Of a DNA stretch of 64,000 bases, positions 29,615 through 39,432 are shown one piece after another (within the stretch, counting starts at the first letter, position 1; the number at the start of each line of letters is the position of its first letter). The notes below the pieces were generated by a model, which was given only the letters and a program-made list of their open reading frames with translations, was not told the origin of the DNA and ran no database searches. A program made the position numbers and the translations under genes. This stretch comes from a plasmid. The stretch is taken from the NCBI RefSeq assembly GCF_055900595.2, contig NZ_JBVWEU010000002.1; one strand, written 5' to 3'.

Positions 29615-31031
29615 CGTTGCCCCCTCCCTGGCTGCCGGACATAAACTGCTGCGGATTCAGGTTGCCCAGCTGCTTCAGCATCTGGTCAGTATTAAAGCCG
29701 TTAAGATGACTTTCAGCCGATGGCGGAACAGGAACCGGACTTTCCGGATTGTCTTCTTCCGCTCTGCTCTGCGTGCGTTCCAGCGCCATCTCTTCCACGG
29801 TTTTCAGCTGGAAGCCGTCCTGGAACACCACGGTCACTTCGTTGCCCGCACCAATCGGTATCACCGGGTGATACTGTTCGGCACGTTTGATGTAGTAGTC
29901 ACTGAGCGTCTGTGCGGCTTTCGATGCGCCGCCACCGATACCCATTTTCAGGACATCACCAGCCCCGTAAGCGGCTGTGGCACCCAGCCCGACAGCCGGC
30001 TGGGAAGCGCGCTCCATTCCCTGACCGATACCGTCAACAAATCCCGCGCCCCATGCCCAGCCGAGGATTTTGCCGTTACGCATCACCACTTCGCCCTTGA
30101 TACCGTTTTTACCCCGGAAGCTGACATGCCCCTTAATCGGCATATCAATGGTTTTGCCGTCCTTCAGGCAGCTGATATTGCGGGTGCGTACAATGGCACG
30201 TTCACTGGACACATCCCCCCAGGCTTCCAGCCCCACAAAACATCCCGTTGCGTCATACGTTTTGCTGTTCGGCATTTCCACCAGACCGGTGATACGCAGC
30301 TGCATCGGCACCGTGGATTCATTACCGGTGACTGAGGCATTGGCATCCGCTCCTTCAATCAGCATGGCTTTCGCAAAACTTCCTGACGGAATGTACGGCA
30401 GTGATGGTCCCTGTTTTCCCTCATTACGGGTGAACACCTTACGCTGTATCCGGTTAGGCACCGGTACAGACTGGTACGTCACCTGCGGTGGTGGCGTGAC
30501 ACCATTACCTGGATAAAACGCCGTCGGCGGTGGAACAGCAACGCTGCCCTGCGGCGGGAAAGATACGGGTGTGTTTCCTGGCTGTGGTTCGCCTTCCGGG
30601 CCGGGCGGTGAGGCTGGCGTCTGCGGTACTGGCTCACCGGTCGCGGTGACAGGATTTGCACCCAGGGCTTTCACCTGCTCTGCCAGTGCAGCATTGTCCT
30701 GTCCCAGCTTTTCAATACGACGCTGGTCATCACCGCGCTGTTTGTTCAGGACATCCAGCTCACGACGGATTTCCTCATACTGCTTCTGCATCTGTGCTGC
30801 CGTCACCTGCATCTCTGTGGTGGCATGCTGACGCACCTTGTCATCAAAGGTCGTATCCACCACACCGGTCATATCCGGCACAGGCTCCTGTTCAGCCACG
30901 GCTTCACCGTTACCGGACATGTCCACATCAGACAGATACAGTGCCCCACCAATCGCGGAGGCTGCACCGACAACCACAATCCCCAGCCACAGGTACTGCT
31001 TGCGTTTCACAATGGTATTGATACTGGCCAT
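29604..31031 (-). CDS. traB: TraB (VirB10-like) (475 aa)
   Basis: Size identical to F TraB. Pro-rich linker. Synteny. Confidence 0.95.
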   Translation of the reverse strand: MASINTIVKRKQYLWLGIVVVGAASAIGGALYLSDVDMSGNGEAVAEQEPVPDMTGVVDTTFDDKVRQHATTEMQVTAAQMQKQYEEIRRELDVLNKQRGDDQRRIEKLGQDNAALAEQVKALGANPVTATGEPVPQTPASPPGPEGEPQPGNTPVSFPPQGSVAVPPPTAFYPGNGVTPPPQVTYQSVPVPNRIQRKVFTRNEGKQGPSLPYIPSGSFAKAMLIEGADANASVTGNESTVPMQLRITGLVEMPNSKTYDATGCFVGLEAWGDVSSERAIVRTRNISCLKDGKTIDMPIKGHVSFRGKNGIKGEVVMRNGKILGWAWGAGFVDGIGQGMERASQPAVGLGATAAYGAGDVLKMGIGGGASKAAQTLSDYYIKRAEQYHPVIPIGAGNEVTVVFQDGFQLKTVEEMALERTQSRAEEDNPESPVPVPPSAESHLNGFNTDQMLKQLGNLNPQQFMSGSQGGGNDGK

Positions 31032-31759
31032 CAGTTGCCCTCCCCGTCACGGATGACATACACATCCATGCGCGCACCTGCCAGTAACTGGCTGGCAGGC
31101 TGGCTGAACATCACGGCACGGGTTCCCGGCTGCCAGAAATCACTTTCCCGGATATTCAGGGCAGACAGCGTTTTATTTTCCACGGCAAAGCGGACCATCT
31201 TCAGGTGATTCCCCGTCCATACGGCATCTGCCACTGAAGACAGCCCCGCCGGGGCCTGCAGGGTTTCCTTTGTCACCGGGACCTGATACCAGCCTGCGGG
31301 TAATTTTCCGCCACGGACGGCCTGGCTGATGGTCACAAGCAGGGATTCGTAAGGCGTGGACGTTTCCCACGCACCGGCTTCTTCTCCGGTTCCGCGCAGG
31401 TCACTGACCAGCTGAATGGTACGCCCCGCGCCTTCACGGGGAACGGCCTGAATGGAAAGATTCAGACCACGTTCTGTTTCCAGAATGAACGTAAAGGGCT
31501 TTTTGTTGACGGTGGCCACCACCACACCGCCGGAGGCGGTCTGCTCATTATTGGTCAGGGCACCATCCAGACTGTTCACGGCGATAATCCGGTCACCGGG
31601 AACGGTAAACAGATTCGGGCTGGTATTGCTGATGGCAATACTGGCCTGACCACCGTTCACCATTGGCACCACGGTGGGGGCCAGCGTACCTGTACCGGCC
31701 ATCACGCTGCAGGAAAAAAACAGGCTGCCGAATATTATTGCCGTATTATTTTTTCTCAT
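31031..31759 (-). CDS. traK: TraK (VirB9-like/secretin-like) (242 aa)
   Basis: Size identical to F TraK. Signal peptide. Confidence 0.95.
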   Translation of the reverse strand: MRKNNTAIIFGSLFFSCSVMAGTGTLAPTVVPMVNGGQASIAISNTSPNLFTVPGDRIIAVNSLDGALTNNEQTASGGVVVATVNKKPFTFILETERGLNLSIQAVPREGAGRTIQLVSDLRGTGEEAGAWETSTPYESLLVTISQAVRGGKLPAGWYQVPVTKETLQAPAGLSSVADAVWTGNHLKMVRFAVENKTLSALNIRESDFWQPGTRAVMFSQPASQLLAGARMDVYVIRDGEGN

Positions 31760-32312
31760 CGTCTGTTTCCCCGAAATTATCCAGCCAGGTCACCCCGTTT
31801 TCCCGCTTCAGAATAAGGATGTAATGTTTGATATCAGTGAAAGGTTTTGAATCACCAATCCAGGTTTTAAGCACACCACGAATTTCCACACGGCCATACT
31901 GAGGCCAGACACGAACACTGGTCTGGAAAAAGGCTGAGTTCACGTTATCGTTTTTAATACGCTTCGCTTCTTCAGCCAGAATAACTTTCATCTGGTTCTG
32001 TGCGCCCGGGCGGATATATTGCAGAAGCGCCTGATGTGAGGCATCGACGGTTTCTGATGAAACATTCAGACGGAGGGCAATAAATGACAGCGCCATCTGC
32101 TGTAAATAAGAGGCGTCGGCACTGTTCTGTGACACGGCAAAGGGAGCATTAAATGCCATTGGCGTCACGGCAGTGCGTTGCTCATTCTGAAGACGGTAGT
32201 TATTCACCCCCTGAATGACGTTAACAGAGAGGCTGAGAACAATAAGCACTGACATAAATATAAAGGCGATGGCCATTACACGACTGGTACTTAAACGGGC
32301 ACCGTGTTCCAT
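31746..32312 (-). CDS. traE: TraE (VirB5/VirB8-like) pilus assembly protein (188 aa)
   Basis: Size identical to F TraE. Single N-terminal TM. Confidence 0.95.
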   Translation of the reverse strand: MEHGARLSTSRVMAIAFIFMSVLIVLSLSVNVIQGVNNYRLQNEQRTAVTPMAFNAPFAVSQNSADASYLQQMALSFIALRLNVSSETVDASHQALLQYIRPGAQNQMKVILAEEAKRIKNDNVNSAFFQTSVRVWPQYGRVEIRGVLKTWIGDSKPFTDIKHYILILKRENGVTWLDNFGETDDEKK

Positions 32313-32333
32313 ATAACAATCCTGGTATCAGTT

Positions 32334-32645
32334 CTATTTAATCCACTGCCGGAAACACGAATCGGGAACATTATGAAAAATACCGCGCAGCAGGGCTGTT
32401 GGCATATACCAGTAAATCAGGTCACGTAACCAGGAACTGCCCCGCCCTTTTTTCAGTTTTTTAATCCCGAAATAAACCAGAACCGCTGCACCAATACCGA
32501 ACAGATATTTCGATGTTGTGATACCCCAGCCAATACAGATTGCTGCGGGGATCAGTTCATCCAGTGGCAGGCCAAACCAGCGGCTCTGGTTGGTCAGTGT
32601 TTCCGGGAAACGATATTTCTTAAGTTTATTCTCGTCTCCCGACAT
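32334..32645 (-). CDS. traL: TraL (VirB3-like) (ORF 103 aa)
   Basis: Sequence as recalled for F TraL. Start codon choice uncertain. Confidence 0.9.
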
Positions 32646-32659
32646 CGTTTTATTTCCTG

Positions 32660-33019
32660 TCAGAGGCCAACGACGGCCATACCCACAGCAATAAATACAG
32701 AGATGATGGCAAAACCGGCCAGGAACTTGACGTTTTTGGTCATCATGTACATGACAGCACCGACCAGAACTTCAGCCAGAACAACCCATTTAACAACACT
32801 GGAGTCCTTACCGAAGGTCGCCTTAACCGTGGTGTTACCGCTTGCCATCAGGTCCTGGCCCTGTGCTGCCATTGCCAGTTGCGGGAAGAACATCATCAGA
32901 ACAGCAGCCGGGATCACAGCGCGAGCCAGGCGAAGCATATTCAGACGAGTGAATTTAGAAAAAAACGATTTCTTTTTGACGGGCGCAGAAGCACCCTGAA
33001 CACTTAAAACAGCATTCAT
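32660..33019 (-). CDS. traA: TraA propilin (119 aa); mature N-terminus [13 protein letters not shown]...
   Basis: Matches F propilin except in the N-terminal epitope region (F has AGSSGQDLMA). Confidence 0.95.
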
Positions 33020-33051
33020 AAGTTACCTCAATTTCGGATAAATGAATAAAA

Positions 33052-33453
33052 CTAGAGTGTATTAAATGTTATATCTTCCTCTTTATCTGCCTCCCTGAAT
33101 ATCTCCGAGTTATAAAAATCAGGAAACTTGATCAAATGATCAATAACTCTGTCTGCAGCCTCATCTGTTTTACACCATCCACTACGATTTTTGGCTGCAA
33201 TAAGTAGCTGGTTAGTTTCATCATCCAGACGCATTGTCAGATACTTAACCAGCGACTTACCATAGATATTCCCTGCCCTGTTAAACTTTGGATAGCGGTG
33301 AAGATGATCTTTAAGTCTTATTACTGCCTCAAACGATCGACTTCTTCCGCTTCTGTTACTTGCCTCAATTAATAGACTTTCCACATCTACAGGTAATTTT
33401 AGTTTTACCATCTTACCTGTTGCAGAACGTGTACCAAATCTTTTCAATAACAC
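33052..33453 (-). CDS. traY: TraY ribbon-helix-helix oriT-binding protein
   Basis: Near-identical to recalled F TraY (..KRFGTRSATGKMVKLKLPVDVESLL..). Confidence 0.9.
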   Translation of the reverse strand: MLLKRFGTRSATGKMVKLKLPVDVESLLIEASNRSGRSRSFEAVIRLKDHLHRYPKFNRAGNIYGKSLVKYLTMRLDDETNQLLIAAKNRSGWCKTDEAADRVIDHLIKFPDFYNSEIFREADKEEDITFNTL

Positions 33454-33545
33454 CTCCCGCTGTTTATCTTCTGGTTACCACTTATGTTTGCAGAATAATC
33501 AGAAAAGGTAAATAGACGGAAAGTCTATATTTTATTAACACTTTA
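33454..33545 (-). promoter_or_regulatory. P_Y region (main tra operon promoter, TraJ/ArcA-dependent in F)
   Basis: Position between traJ stop and traY start. Assigned by analogy with F only. Confidence 0.35.
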
Positions 33546-34235
33546 TTAACGCGTATTTATGATACACATAGCCTTCTCGTACAAATAATGAATAAACTTT
33601 TTATTGTAGAGTAAGATGATTAACTCATCTTTATTAGAAACAGAGAAGTAGTCGCATATCAGAGATGCGTGTTTCTTTGATGTGGAGATGGATATTTTTA
33701 ATATTCTTGCTATAGCATTATGACTGATTCCGGTGCTATATAAGTAAAAGACATCATTTACATATGATGATACAGAAGAATCATCACTCATTCTTCTGAT
33801 TATATTTCTGATATCATCACTGACAATCGTTTTTTGATTATAACTGTCTTTATGACGAACATGAGCAGCATCATAAAATTGCCACAGAATGATATTTCTG
33901 TGTCCATTAAGAAATGACTGGATAGATATTGTCCAGAATCTGTTCTGAATAAAAACATCCTCTACAAGATTAAGATGCGTATGCTCATTCCTGTATGCTT
34001 CCATCTCTGTGACAGAGATCAATTCACAAAAATCTCTCTGCGACAGAAGCCATTTTTCAGCACTTTGATCTTGTGTAAGAAATGACTCATGAAACAGCGT
34101 ATTGCAAAAAATAAATTTTCCAGTTTCGTCCCTGATACAGGCTGGATTTGGATAATCCTGAATAACTGCCGTCAGATTTTCCAGCAGATCTATTTGACGA
34201 GCATGTTTTTGTTGAATACGATCCATCGGATACAT
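33546..34235 (-). CDS. traJ: TraJ transfer activator, F-type allele (229 aa from MYPMDRIQQ)
   Basis: ORF 33546..34316 trimmed to the Met giving the recalled F TraJ sequence. Confidence 0.9.
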   Translation of the reverse strand: MYPMDRIQQKHARQIDLLENLTAVIQDYPNPACIRDETGKFIFCNTLFHESFLTQDQSAEKWLLSQRDFCELISVTEMEAYRNEHTHLNLVEDVFIQNRFWTISIQSFLNGHRNIILWQFYDAAHVRHKDSYNQKTIVSDDIRNIIRRMSDDSSVSSYVNDVFYLYSTGISHNAIARILKISISTSKKHASLICDYFSVSNKDELIILLYNKKFIHYLYEKAMCIINTR

Positions 34236-34305
34236 AGGAACCTCCTCACAAAGGATTCTATGGACAGTCGATGCAGGGAGGAGAGAACTCCCTGCATCGG
34301 CGATT
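34227..34305 (+). ncRNA. finP: FinP antisense RNA (approximate ends)
   Basis: Antisense to the traJ leader/RBS. Stem-loop GATGCAGGGA-GGAGAGAAC-TCCCTGCATC followed by GGCGATTTT on the plus strand ends ~34305. Length placed by analogy with F FinP (~79 nt). Confidence 0.55.
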
Positions 34306-34421
34306 TTCAAATTCAAATTTTAACGTGGCATTAACCACGTAATTAATATACTAATTATCTTTCGTACTGTCACCTTTTTAAATAATAAAAACTCTGATAT
34401 TTGAACGAAGTCAAATTTCTT

Positions 34422-34805
34422 TTATTCATCATCATTTTTTGGAAAAAATCGTTCCATCTCAGATGATACCTTCTCCCTGATATCTTCAACCATATTGGCA
34501 TATTCAAACTTTGGATTTCCGGAGACATGAGGACTGAGAGACTCAATACCCAAAATTTTCGCTACTGATGATTGTGTTTTTACAACGCATTCAAGAAGCA
34601 ATTTATTAAACTCAGTCTGATTAAATGCAGACTCTTTACGCTCCATCTGAGCCTCATGTACACGAAGCCCCAGTTCAAGAAGCATTGAAGCTGTTGCTGA
34701 AAAACTGACATCTTTTTCCCTTGCCCCTTCCTGTCGACGCTTCTCAATAATCGCATTTATTTTTTCATAGGCATCATTGCTGATATACAGGTTCACCTTA
34801 GCCAT
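34422..34805 (-). CDS. traM: TraM relaxosome accessory protein (127 aa)
   Basis: Sequence matches recalled F TraM (MAKVNLYISNDAYEKINAIIEKRRQEGAREKDVSFS...). Confidence 0.95.
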   Translation of the reverse strand: MAKVNLYISNDAYEKINAIIEKRRQEGAREKDVSFSATASMLLELGLRVHEAQMERKESAFNQTEFNKLLLECVVKTQSSVAKILGIESLSPHVSGNPKFEYANMVEDIREKVSSEMERFFPKNDDE

Positions 34806-35180
34806 TAGAGATTACCTTTTTTGAACATAAAATAAAGTTAATTTCGAAACACTAAAATTCATAATGCAAACAGGGACGCACCGCTAGCAGAGCCCCTGGC
34901 GGTATCCTATAAAAAAACACACCGCGCCGCTAGCAGCACCCCTAATATAAAATAATGTTTTTTATAAAAATAGTCAGTACCACCCCTACAAAGCGGTGTC
35001 GGCGCGTTGTTGTAGCCGCGCCGACACCGCTTTTTTAAATATCATAAAGAGAGTAAGAGAAACTAATTTTTCATAACACTCTATTTATAAAGAAAAATCA
35101 GCAAAAACTTGTTTTTGCGTGGGGTGTGGTGCTTTTGGTGGTGAGAACCACCAACCTGTTGAGCCTTTTTGTGGAGTGGG
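34806..35180. other. oriT: oriT region; F-type nic sequence GCGTGGGGTGT|GGTGCTTTT at ~35117-35136, preceded by direct repeats CACCGC(G)CCGCTAGCAG and an AT-rich bend region
   Basis: Sequence tttgcgtggggtgtggtgcttttggtggtgag seen at 35113-35144. Direct repeats at 34877-34950. Position between traM and gene X. Confidence 0.85.
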
Positions 35181-35218
35181 TTAAATTATTTACGGATAAA
35201 GTCACCAGAGGTGGAAAA

Positions 35219-35728
35219 ATGAAAAAATGGATGTTAGCCATCTGCCTGATGTTTATAAATGAGATCTGCCAGGCCACTGATTGCTTTGATCTTGCAGGCC
35301 GGGATTACAAAATAGATCCTGATTTACTGAGAGCAATATCATGGAAAGAATCCCGTTACCGGGTTAATGCCATCGGTATTAATCCGGTAACGGGATATGG
35401 CAGCGGACTGATGCAGGTAGATTCCCAGCATTTTAACGAACTGGCCCGCTACGGAATTAAGCCGGAACATCTGACAACAGATCCCTGCATGAACATTTAT
35501 ACCGGTGCTTATTATCTGGCAATAGCATTTAAAAAATGGGGCGTCACCTGGGAGGCCGTTGGTGCATACAATGCAGGATTCAGGAAATCCGAACGCCAGA
35601 ACCAGAGACGTCTTGCCTACGCATCAGAGGTTTACCGGATTTATACCGGGATAAAAAGCAGTAAAGGTATCCGGCTTCCGGCCACGAAGAAATCACTTCC
35701 GGAAATTAACAGCGTGCAGAACAATTAA
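35219..35728 (+). CDS. Gene X / orf169 lytic transglycosylase (169 aa from [12 protein letters not shown])
   Basis: SLT-domain motifs ([13 protein letters not shown]). ORF 35126..35728 trimmed, since the longer ORF would run across the nic site. Confidence 0.85.
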   Translation: MKKWMLAICLMFINEICQATDCFDLAGRDYKIDPDLLRAISWKESRYRVNAIGINPVTGYGSGLMQVDSQHFNELARYGIKPEHLTTDPCMNIYTGAYYLAIAFKKWGVTWEAVGAYNAGFRKSERQNQRRLAYASEVYRIYTGIKSSKGIRLPATKKSLPEINSVQNN

Positions 35729-35987
35729 TCTTACAGACATTGTCAGATACCGGTTATGCCGCAAAAGCGGCATGGAAGGCCACACAAAAAAATATCATAT
35801 GAGTGACAATACTGACTGGCCGAAGCCCCGCGAAGCGGGAACCCATCTTATATATACCCGGTAACTGCGCAGCCTCCTGCCAGACCATTTTTCGCGGGCA
35901 CAATATTTACAGACAACCGGAAAGCCGGTTGATGAAATTGAGGTATATCAGACGACACAGCAATGCCGAAAAATGATAATATAAGTA

Positions 35988-36015
35988 AAGCCCCGAAAAT
36001 TTTTTCGGGGCTTTA
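35988..36015. terminator. Perfect palindrome AAAGCCCCGAAAATTTTTTCGGGGCTTT; bidirectional terminator between convergent gene X and the 300-aa ORF
   Basis: GC stem flanked by A/T runs on both strands, seen in sequence. Confidence 0.6.
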
Positions 36016-36024
36016 CTTATATTA

Positions 36025-36927
36025 TCATGACTTCCACTTTCTGAACTGTTCGGCAATCACCCATAACGCCTTGTTGATTCTTATATCACCATCAATACCT
36101 GTAATGGCTCTTGTCCTGGTATTTTTCCCGGAGGCACTTCGCCCCGATAATCCACCTTTTATCATATTCTCCTGAACCCGCTGCCAGGTTGTCCAGAGAT
36201 CGTTCTGTTTGTCTTCCCGACGACGGGGAGTAATTATCTGTTCAGGTGTCACTGGCGTTTTATTTTCATCTTCATACCTGACCATCAGTGCAGCTCTGCC
36301 AAATAAATGTTGCTCGTCACTGTTAAGATGAATTTCTTTCATCGCCTCCATATTATCAGTGACCTTATCAAAGACACCGAGCACTTCATACGCTCCCTCG
36401 ATAACCTGCCCGACAATATCACCTTTATGTGGAACGCGGATTTCGCCAAAATTATTTCCGCACACCAGGCCATTTGTGCAGACAAAACGAAAAATTCCGG
36501 GGATCATCTGATAACTGGATGAACCATCATGTGAATTAAGCAGGATAATTTCAGGAACTTCCTGCCCGTTAATATGCCCTTCCCTGCGAAGACGTAACAT
36601 ATGTTTACTGTATTCGCGACGTCCCAAATCACGAACCCGACTCTGACAGGCAAAGAATGGCTGGAAACCTTCATCACGTAACTTATTGATGATATTGATT
36701 GTTGGAATATACGTATAACGTTCACTCCGGGACTCATGTTTATCACCGGAAAATACCGAAGGCACGAACTGCATTAATTCATCATCCGTTAAAGGACGTT
36801 CACGGCGGATGGAATTATACCGACCAAAACGGGAAGCTAATCGCATAACAGCTACTCCTTTATGAAAGAATAAATTTAATAAAAAATTTTTCCGCTTAAT
36901 ATCATCCCTCCCGGTCACCATTAACAA
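36025..36927 (-). CDS. Leading-region protein, tentatively DUF932-like (ORF 300 aa; likely start at MRLASRFGRY)
   Basis: ORF track. Family assignment from memory of leading-region gene content only. Confidence 0.55.
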   Translation of the reverse strand: MLMVTGRDDIKRKNFLLNLFFHKGVAVMRLASRFGRYNSIRRERPLTDDELMQFVPSVFSGDKHESRSERYTYIPTINIINKLRDEGFQPFFACQSRVRDLGRREYSKHMLRLRREGHINGQEVPEIILLNSHDGSSSYQMIPGIFRFVCTNGLVCGNNFGEIRVPHKGDIVGQVIEGAYEVLGVFDKVTDNMEAMKEIHLNSDEQHLFGRAALMVRYEDENKTPVTPEQIITPRRREDKQNDLWTTWQRVQENMIKGGLSGRSASGKNTRTRAITGIDGDIRINKALWVIAEQFRKWKS

Positions 36928-36964
36928 GATTGCAACAATCAGGAGGGATATTCATCACATCCGG

Positions 36965-37252
36965 TCAGCAGATCGCTCGGATATCGAGGCCGGCACGCTT
37001 AATCTGACGCAGGAACTGTTTGAAGTGATCGGCTTCCGCAATGTTGATATGGCGGAACTGCTTATCCACACCCTGACTGAGCGCGTAGCTATAACTGAAG
37101 GCCATCTTTTCCGGGTGGCTTTTGCGATATTTTTTCAGCTCAGTCAGGCTGCTGAATTCCAGGACGTCCCACTCTTCCCCGGTGTTTTTTTTCTTCCCGG
37201 CAACAAGAAGCGTGTACGACGCGGTGTTAACGTGGATATTTCGGGTACTCAT
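36965..37252 (-). CDS. Hypothetical leading-region protein (95 aa)
   Basis: ORF track. Immediately downstream of the Frpo-like element and co-oriented with the following gene. Confidence 0.5.
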   Translation of the reverse strand: MSTRNIHVNTASYTLLVAGKKKNTGEEWDVLEFSSLTELKKYRKSHPEKMAFSYSYALSQGVDKQFRHINIAEADHFKQFLRQIKRAGLDIRAIC

Positions 37253-37259
37253 CCTGCTT

Positions 37260-37790
37260 TCTCCTCTCTCTGGTTTTCAGCCCCCATCATCGGTTGAGTT
37301 TCGGGAGCCGCCGCAGGCCACAGCGCGACAGAGGCGGCGCGACCGGAACGGTCGCTGCAAGCCCGGGGTTTCGCGTCATGGATGGAAGTCCGCCAGGGCG
37401 GAGACAGCTCCGCTGGCTCCGTTCACGACAGCCCGCCCCGCCAGGGGGACGCCCGGGAAAGGCACAGGCAGAAGAAGAACAAGACAGACAGGAATCAGGG
37501 CAGCAGTAATCAGAGTCAGAACAGGAGGAAAAAGAGAATAATCACAGGGAAGGTGATGTGGTTTCCGACAGGTCATAAACAGAGAAGGCGGGGGAAAAGA
37601 ACGGGCGCCGCAGACGCACGTTCATCCCCGTTCCCGAAGGGAAACGGCCTTCCTGGCAGTCTGGTTGTTCATGCCCGTACAATGCCAGCAAGGAGAAAGG
37701 GGCCACCGGCGAACCAGCAGCCCCTTTATAAAGGCGCTTCAGTGCAGTCAGACCAGCATCAGACCTGAAAAGGCGGGCCTGCGCCCGCCT
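37260..37790. promoter_or_regulatory. GC-rich structured non-coding element, Frpo/ssi-like single-strand promoter candidate (copy 1)
   Basis: No credible ORF. About 180 bp (37262-37445) repeated at 42309-42840. Multiple short hairpins (e.g. GCGACCGGAACGGTCGC). Confidence 0.5.
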
Positions 37791-37798
37791 CCAGGTTG

Positions 37799-37957
37799 CT
37801 ACTTACCGGATTCGTAAGCCATGAAAGCCGCCACCTCCCTGTATCCGTCTCTGTAACGAATCTCGCACAGCGATTTTCGTGTCAGATAAGTGAATATCAA
37901 CAGTGTGAGACACACGATCAACACACACCAGACAAGAGAGCTGCGTGGTAGTTTCAT
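37799..37957 (-). CDS. hok: Hok-family toxin (52 aa) of the flm/hok-sok post-segregational killing locus
   Basis: C-terminal 52 aa of ORF 37799..38098 reads [52 protein letters not shown], which matches Hok as I recall it. Confidence 0.9.
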
Positions 37958-38015
37958 GGCCTTCTTCTCCTTGCGCAAAGCGCGGTAAGAGGCTATCCTG
38001 ATGTTGTCTAAGCAT
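37803..38015 (-). CDS. mok: Mok (modulation of killing) overlapping reading frame (70 aa)
   Basis: 70-codon ORF overlapping hok in another frame, as in hok/sok systems. Confidence 0.7.
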
Positions 38016-38060
38016 GCAGGGGCCTCGTGGGTTAATGAAAAATTAACTACGGGGCTTTTG
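37990..38060 (+). ncRNA. sok: Sok-type antisense RNA (position approximate)
   Basis: Placed antisense to the mok start/hok leader by analogy. Ends not determined. Confidence 0.3.
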
Positions 38061-38227
38061 TCCTTCTGCCACACAACACGGCAACAAACCACCTTCACGT
38101 CATGAGGCAGAAAGCCTCAAGCGCCGGGCACATCATAGCCCATATACCTGCACGCTGACCACACTCACTTTTCCTGAAAATAACCCGCTCATTCAGGCTA
38201 CGGGTAATCCGTGTGATTGTTGTCGCA

Positions 38228-38947
38228 TCACGCTGCCTCCCGGAGTTTGTTCGGCACCATCCACCGCTCCATCTCACGGACAGCGTGACCAGCCTCTCTT
38301 GCTGCAAGACTGGCTTCCGCAATAACCTGCCAGAATGGCATATCCTGCCACTGCCAGCGTTCCATTCCGGCCAGTGACGGAAAACGCTCGCCCCACTGCC
38401 AGAACAGGGTTTCCAGATCATGCTCTGCCACCCTGTCACTCCAGCGGGCATGCCAGCTTCCGACTGTTTCCGGTGAATGGAACGCCAGTTCGATTTCCGC
38501 CTGAGCGACCAGCGCCTGGTACGCACGGGCTTTCTGCTCTACCTCCCGTGCCTGCTGACGGCTGTACTTCTGCATGACCAGTGCGGATTTGTGGCGACTG
38601 CGCTCCCTGACACGGAACCGCACCGACGGGAACAGCCGCTCTGCTGCATCGCCGGGAAGGGGAAGAAGGCAGACCTCGCCCTGAGTTTCAATCAGCACAT
38701 CGACTGCATACAGCCACTGAGAACGGTTGCCGCGCAGTTCTTCTGCGGTCAGGGACGGCATGAAAAATCGCAGGTCAGACAACGACATCCTGCGGCTTCC
38801 GTTCAGACAGCGGAAAAACGCCCCCGCATACGGATATTCCGCCAGCAAGTTTCCCTGATGGCGGCGTTTTTCCGTCTCCGCCACCGCCCGCCATGTGGCC
38901 TGTTGCTCTGCGCTGAGGGGAACCAGTGCCTGTGAACGTGCGCTCAT
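38228..38947 (-). CDS. psiA: PsiA (239 aa)
   Basis: Size equals F PsiA. Immediately downstream of psiB with 4-nt overlap. Confidence 0.88.
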   Translation of the reverse strand: MSARSQALVPLSAEQQATWRAVAETEKRRHQGNLLAEYPYAGAFFRCLNGSRRMSLSDLRFFMPSLTAEELRGNRSQWLYAVDVLIETQGEVCLLPLPGDAAERLFPSVRFRVRERSRHKSALVMQKYSRQQAREVEQKARAYQALVAQAEIELAFHSPETVGSWHARWSDRVAEHDLETLFWQWGERFPSLAGMERWQWQDMPFWQVIAEASLAAREAGHAVREMERWMVPNKLREAA

Positions 38948-39378
38948 GCCTGACCTCCTTCCGCCATCAGAATATGGATGATGTCGTTAACGCTGTACCT
39001 CTGCGTATCCAGTGACGCCGCCAGTGCCAGTGAATGGCTGACGGCTTCCGGTGCAAACCGCCGCTGTACCTGAATCACCGCAAACGGCTCACCACCGGCA
39101 TTCACCAGAACCAGCACCCAGACCTGAGAGACATCGCCCGGTGAACATAACGCCAGGTGAAAACGTTCGTGGGCAGGCGTGAAACGGACCTGGACGGGGA
39201 AAAAGCCGCCAAACTCGCTGCCGTACTCGCCGTTCATCGTCCAGTTATCCGGCGCATCCAGCTCCCGCATCACGGCGTGAGTCAGCTCACGGCGTTCATC
39301 ACTTCCGGCAGCCCGGATATCTTCATATTCCTGTGCGTTCATGGTCTGTAATACATTCAGGGTCAGTTCAGTTTTCAT
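38944..39378 (-). CDS. psiB: PsiB SOS inhibitor (144 aa)
   Basis: Sequence near-identical to recalled F PsiB ([41 protein letters not shown]...). Confidence 0.92.
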   Translation of the reverse strand: MKTELTLNVLQTMNAQEYEDIRAAGSDERRELTHAVMRELDAPDNWTMNGEYGSEFGGFFPVQVRFTPAHERFHLALCSPGDVSQVWVLVLVNAGGEPFAVIQVQRRFAPEAVSHSLALAASLDTQRYSVNDIIHILMAEGGQA

Positions 39379-39432
39379 CACGGTATCTCCCTTGCTGCCG
39401 CCCCGTCTCCGGCGGGGCGGTGTGGTTGTTCA

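Noticed and set aside
35126-35218. Longer 200-aa version of the gene X ORF starting at 35126
   Set aside because: It would begin inside the oriT nic region. The shorter start with a signal peptide gives the canonical 169-aa protein.
37122-37768. ORFs of 70-140 aa across the first Frpo-like element
   Set aside because: Arg/Gly/Pro-rich low-complexity translations on both strands of a GC-rich structured repeat. The same sequence is duplicated in a non-coding context upstream of ssb.
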